This document shows, piece after piece, positions 60,673 through 64,000 of a stretch of 64,000 nt of DNA. The notes beneath the pieces are model-generated. The model saw nothing but the letters and a program-made list of their open reading frames with translations, did not search any database and was not told where the DNA came from. Source of the DNA: Planctomycetota bacterium (GTDB lineage: Bacteria > Planctomycetota > JAJSAM01); assembly GCA_024274785.1 (NCBI GenBank), contig JAJSAM010000071.1:24733-88732 (forward strand), in the 5' to 3' direction. The stretch's first letter is position 1, and each line of letters starts with the position of its first letter. Position numbers and translations under genes: made by a program.

Positions 60673-60937
60673 AGAGCAGGCGCCCCTGCCCCAGCCGGAC
60701 TTTGCGTTCTTCTGCTACTCGATGGGGTCCCAGGCGATGGTGCATCTGGGGCTCGCGCCGAACCCGGTGTCCGGCGAGACGGAGCCGGACCTCACCCAGG
60801 CGAAGTACACGATCGACCTGCTCGAGATGCTGAAAGAGAAGACGGAGGGGAACCTGAGTGAGGATGAGAACAAGATTCTCATGAGCCTCCTCTTCGACCT
60901 CCGCATGCGCTACGTCGAGCGCAGCCGCGGATCCTAG
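60665..60937 (+). CDS. DUF1844 domain protein
   Basis: [28 protein letters not shown] and LRMRYV motifs. Confidence 0.85.
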   Translation: MSEEQAPLPQPDFAFFCYSMGSQAMVHLGLAPNPVSGETEPDLTQAKYTIDLLEMLKEKTEGNLSEDENKILMSLLFDLRMRYVERSRGS

Positions 60938-61093
60938 GGCCGCGCAAGAATGACTACGGGATTCGAGGGCAGCAGCATCCCCTTGACCCGCGTTGCTCGT
61001 CTGTTGAAACCAGTAAGGTTGCGCCCTTCCCGCGCCTTGCTGGGCGGGCGCATCAGCGCTCTCCGTCCTGCGAAGTTATTCTTGCGCGGCCCC
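60937..61093. mobile_element. MITE family copy 3
   Basis: GGGCCGCGCAAGAATGA...TTATTCTTGCGCGGCCCC inverted termini, beginning at the TAG of the DUF1844 gene. Confidence 0.85.
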
Positions 61094-61230
61094 CCAGCCC
61101 GGATCCTGGCCCGCGCCACACACAAATCCGCATCTACGATCCTTTGTAGGTGGATGCCCCGTGTGCCTCCCGACACTACAAGATATAGGGCGTCAAATTC
61201 ATTGAGTCCCTGCATCTTGCAAGAATGCTC

Positions 61231-61258
61231 TTGACCTAAGTGGTGCGGGGGCTACACT
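61231..61258 (+). promoter_or_regulatory. Possible sigma70-type promoter upstream of the sigma factor gene
   Basis: TTGACC-N16-TACACT in an AT-richer intergenic region. Confidence 0.35.
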
Positions 61259-61521
61259 TCGGTTCAGGGTTATGAAGGGCAAACAAATCACCCGATGCGC
61301 CGGACGAACCGTGGATGGTGTGCGAATCCCCGTCGCCGGCGCGCGTGTCCTCGATCAGGAACTCAGCCCACGAACTGTCGGGGGATCAGGGGAGTTCGGT
61401 TGGATCCCCGATCTGACGCGGATGGGCGAGGACCGCGGGTCGAAGCGCTTGTGTGGGAAGGTCCCGAGATCGCGTGGACTTCCCGGCGCTCGCACCGCGG
61501 CCAGATGGAAAGGGGTACGCT

Positions 61522-62295
61522 GTGGTAAAGGCGACCGCAGAAACGGAAAGACTCTGGAAACAGTATAAACGGACGGGTGACTCGGTCGTCCGCAACCGCC
61601 TTCTCCTCCGATATCTTCCACTCGTGAAGTACATCTCGGATCGGATCTTCTCGCGCCTGCCGAAGCGGGTGGACATCCGTGACCTGCGGTCGGCCGGCAT
61701 CTTCGGGCTGATCCGGGCGATGGAGAAGTTCGACATGGCGCGGGGCATCAAGTTCGAGACTTACTGCTCGGTTCGCGTCAGAGGTTCCATTCTCGACGAG
61801 TTGCGCGCGCAGGACTGGGTGCCCCGGCCGGTGCGCCACCGGACCCAGAAGCTCAAGGTGGCGCAGGCCGAGCTCAGGATGGAACTCGGCCGGGTCGCCA
61901 CCGACCAGGAGCTGGCGAGCCATATGGGCGTCGAGATGAAGGAGCTTCAAAGCCTCGGTCGCGAGTCTGCGGCGACCACCTTCGTCTCCCTGTCCGGCTC
62001 GGGTGACGACAGCGACAACGGCGGCGGCTCTCCTCGTCTCGACCTCCTCGCGGAGGGTGCCGAGAACGACCCCGTGGAGCAGATCCAGCGCGCCGACATC
62101 GCGGAACTGATCAACCGCAATCTCGATGAGAAGGAACGCCAGGTTCTCATCCTGTATTACTACGAGAACCTGACCATGCGGGAGATTGGTCGGTTCCTCA
62201 ACCTGTCTGAATCGCGAGTCTGTCAGATCCACGCGCGAATCATGGGCCGTCTGAAGGAGGAGCTGGCGCCGCAGGAAGCCGAGTTGCGCGTATAG
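61522..62295 (+). CDS. FliA/WhiG family RNA polymerase sigma factor
   Basis: YLPLVKY, FETYCSVRVRGSILDELRAQDWVPR and LYYYENLTMREIG..LNLSESRVCQIH; GTG start with AAGGGG RBS (start inferred). Confidence 0.9.
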   Translation: MVKATAETERLWKQYKRTGDSVVRNRLLLRYLPLVKYISDRIFSRLPKRVDIRDLRSAGIFGLIRAMEKFDMARGIKFETYCSVRVRGSILDELRAQDWVPRPVRHRTQKLKVAQAELRMELGRVATDQELASHMGVEMKELQSLGRESAATTFVSLSGSGDDSDNGGGSPRLDLLAEGAENDPVEQIQRADIAELINRNLDEKERQVLILYYYENLTMREIGRFLNLSESRVCQIHARIMGRLKEELAPQEAELRV

Positions 62296-62466
62296 CAGCC
62301 CGGCCCGAAACCCCCTGAACGCTGACCGTACAGAAGCCGGGTTCGCGAGATATCTCCGGGGCGCAAGGCGCCGGGAGAAGACGGAACCGGACCCGATTCC
62401 TGCGGAGGAAACCGCGCCCGGCCGTGGGAGCAGGACTCCGGATCGCCCGGGGGAGACGCCTGCCTG

Positions 62467-63903
62467 ATGTTGTTCAACTCCATCGATTTCATGGTGTTCC
62501 TGCCAGTTGTGTTCTTCGTCTACTGGTTTGTCGTCAGCAGGAACCTGAGGATGCAGAACGCGTTTCTCCTCCTGGCGAGCTATGTCTTCTATGGATGGTG
62601 GGACTGGAGGTTTCTCTCCCTGATCGTCATCAGTTCCGTGGTGGACTATCTCGTGGGAATCGGGATGTCCATGACCGCGCAGAGACTCCGCCGGAAGCTA
62701 CTGCTCCTCGCGAGTCTTGTCGTCAATCTCGGAATCCTGGGGCTCTTCAAGTACTTCAATTTCTTCCTGGAGAACTTCGTGGAGGCGTTCAGGCTTCTGG
62801 GACACCCCATCAATCCCCAGGGGTTGCGAATCATCCTGCCCGTGGGCGTGAGCTTCTATACGTTTCAGACTCTCAGCTACTCGATCGACGTCTATCGCCG
62901 GAGGATGGAGCCGACGAAGGATCTTCTCAATTTCTTCGCGTTCGTCAGCTTCTTCCCCCAACTGGTGGCCGGGCCGATCGAGAGGGCGGCCGACTTCCTG
63001 CCCCAGTTCTCGAAGAAGAGGACCTTCGAATATGGGGAAGCCGTTGATGGGATGCGACAGATCCTGTGGGGCCTGTTCAAGAAGATCGTGGTTGCTGACA
63101 ACTGTGCCGTGGTCGTCAATGAGATCTTTGCCAATTACTCGACGCACACCGGGAGTACGCTTCTCCTGGGTGCCGTCGTATTTGCATTTCAGATCTACGG
63201 GGACTTCTCCGGTTATACCGACATCGCCATAGGAACGGCGCGGCTCTTCGGGATGAGGTTGACGAGGAACTTCGCCTTTCCGTACTTCTCGAGAGACATT
63301 GCGGAATTCTGGAGAAGATGGCACATCACGTTGTCCACCTGGTTCAGGGACTACGTCTACATCCCCCTGGGGGGTAGTCAGGGAAGCAACTGGAGAAGGA
63401 TCAGGAATACGTTCATCATCTTCAGCGTGAGTGGCCTGTGGCACGGAGCGAGATGGACGTTCGTGGTCTGGGGGCTCCTGAATGCCCTCTATTTTCTGCC
63501 GTTGCTGCTCCTCGGCCGGAACCGAAGGAACACGGACACCGTGGCGGAGGGAACCCTGCTGCCGAATCTCGTTGAGTTGGCGCAGATGACCGTCACGTTC
63601 GGGCTGACTGTTCTCGCGTGGGTCTTCTTCAGAGCGGAGTCGTTGGGAGATGCGTTGGGGTATCTCTCCCGCATCTTCTCGGGAACCCTGTTCTCCTGCC
63701 CCGCCATCCTGCCCAGGAGGGTGCTTTCAATGATCGGCGTGTTGATCGTGGTGGAGTGGATGCAGAGAGGGAGGGAGCACGGCCTGGCATTGAATGGGAG
63801 GAGAATACCGCCTCTGGTGCGTTACGGGATCTACTGTGGGATTGTGCTGGCGGTCCTTTATCTCGGAGGCAGCGGTCAGCCATTCATCTACTTCCAGTTC
63901 TGA
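62467..63903 (+). CDS. MBOAT family O-acyltransferase (AlgI/DltB-like)
   Basis: MLFNS, LPVGVSFYTFQ, FFPQLVAGPIER, FWRRWHITLSTWFRDYVYIPLGG, SGLWHGA and FIYFQF motifs. Confidence 0.93.
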   Translation: MLFNSIDFMVFLPVVFFVYWFVVSRNLRMQNAFLLLASYVFYGWWDWRFLSLIVISSVVDYLVGIGMSMTAQRLRRKLLLLASLVVNLGILGLFKYFNFFLENFVEAFRLLGHPINPQGLRIILPVGVSFYTFQTLSYSIDVYRRRMEPTKDLLNFFAFVSFFPQLVAGPIERAADFLPQFSKKRTFEYGEAVDGMRQILWGLFKKIVVADNCAVVVNEIFANYSTHTGSTLLLGAVVFAFQIYGDFSGYTDIAIGTARLFGMRLTRNFAFPYFSRDIAEFWRRWHITLSTWFRDYVYIPLGGSQGSNWRRIRNTFIIFSVSGLWHGARWTFVVWGLLNALYFLPLLLLGRNRRNTDTVAEGTLLPNLVELAQMTVTFGLTVLAWVFFRAESLGDALGYLSRIFSGTLFSCPAILPRRVLSMIGVLIVVEWMQRGREHGLALNGRRIPPLVRYGIYCGIVLAVLYLGGSGQPFIYFQF

Positions 63904-63910
63904 GGGATGT

Positions 63911-64000
63911 ATGAGGAGATTCCTGCTGAAGACGGGACTTGTCGCGGGTCTGGCGTTGATACTGCAAGTGGTGGGATACATCGGGCTTTCCACCGGGCAC
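63911..64000 (+). CDS. Start of a membrane/secreted protein (likely partner of the MBOAT), truncated by the window end
   Basis: ATG at 63911: MRRFLLKTGLVAGLALILQVVGYIGLSTGH, open to the end of the window. Confidence 0.5.
   Translation, partial: MRRFLLKTGLVAGLALILQVVGYIGLSTGH

Noticed and set aside
61270-61330. c-di-GMP-I riboswitch (AGGGCAAAC)
   Set aside because: The GAAA-capped P2 stem and the GACGCAAAG segment are absent.

Overview
High-GC bacterial chromosome segment. The kdsB-pyrG-DUF1844 order, secreted HEAT/vWA proteins, a PEP-CTERM protein and an orphan FliA-type sigma factor suggest Planctomycetota or a relative (inference). About 60 CDS; no rRNA, tRNA or CRISPR array recognised. 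Main content: (i) a five-gene small-GTPase operon at 15474-22141 (DUF4388-TPR-TM-PEGA-beta-propeller protein, TPR-roadblock protein, roadblock protein, an MglA GTPase with a repeat linker, poly-Lys tract and C-terminal membrane anchor, and an MglB in the same frame as MglA); (ii) an acyl-CoA metabolism neighbourhood with two biotin carboxylase sets, an archaeal-type HMG-CoA synthase/thiolase/DUF35 triad coupled to a crotonase, and methylmalonyl-CoA epimerase and mutase, the mutase apparently joined to a long charged disordered N-terminal region across a C8 frameshift; (iii) a ~130-160 bp MITE family (3 full-length copies, 2 remnants) mostly inserted at stop codons, and a hairpin-dense non-coding block; (iv) kdsB interrupted by an in-frame TAG, a truncated VapC, and an AT-richer MBOAT gene at the right edge. 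All calls come from motif recognition by eye; no searches were run.
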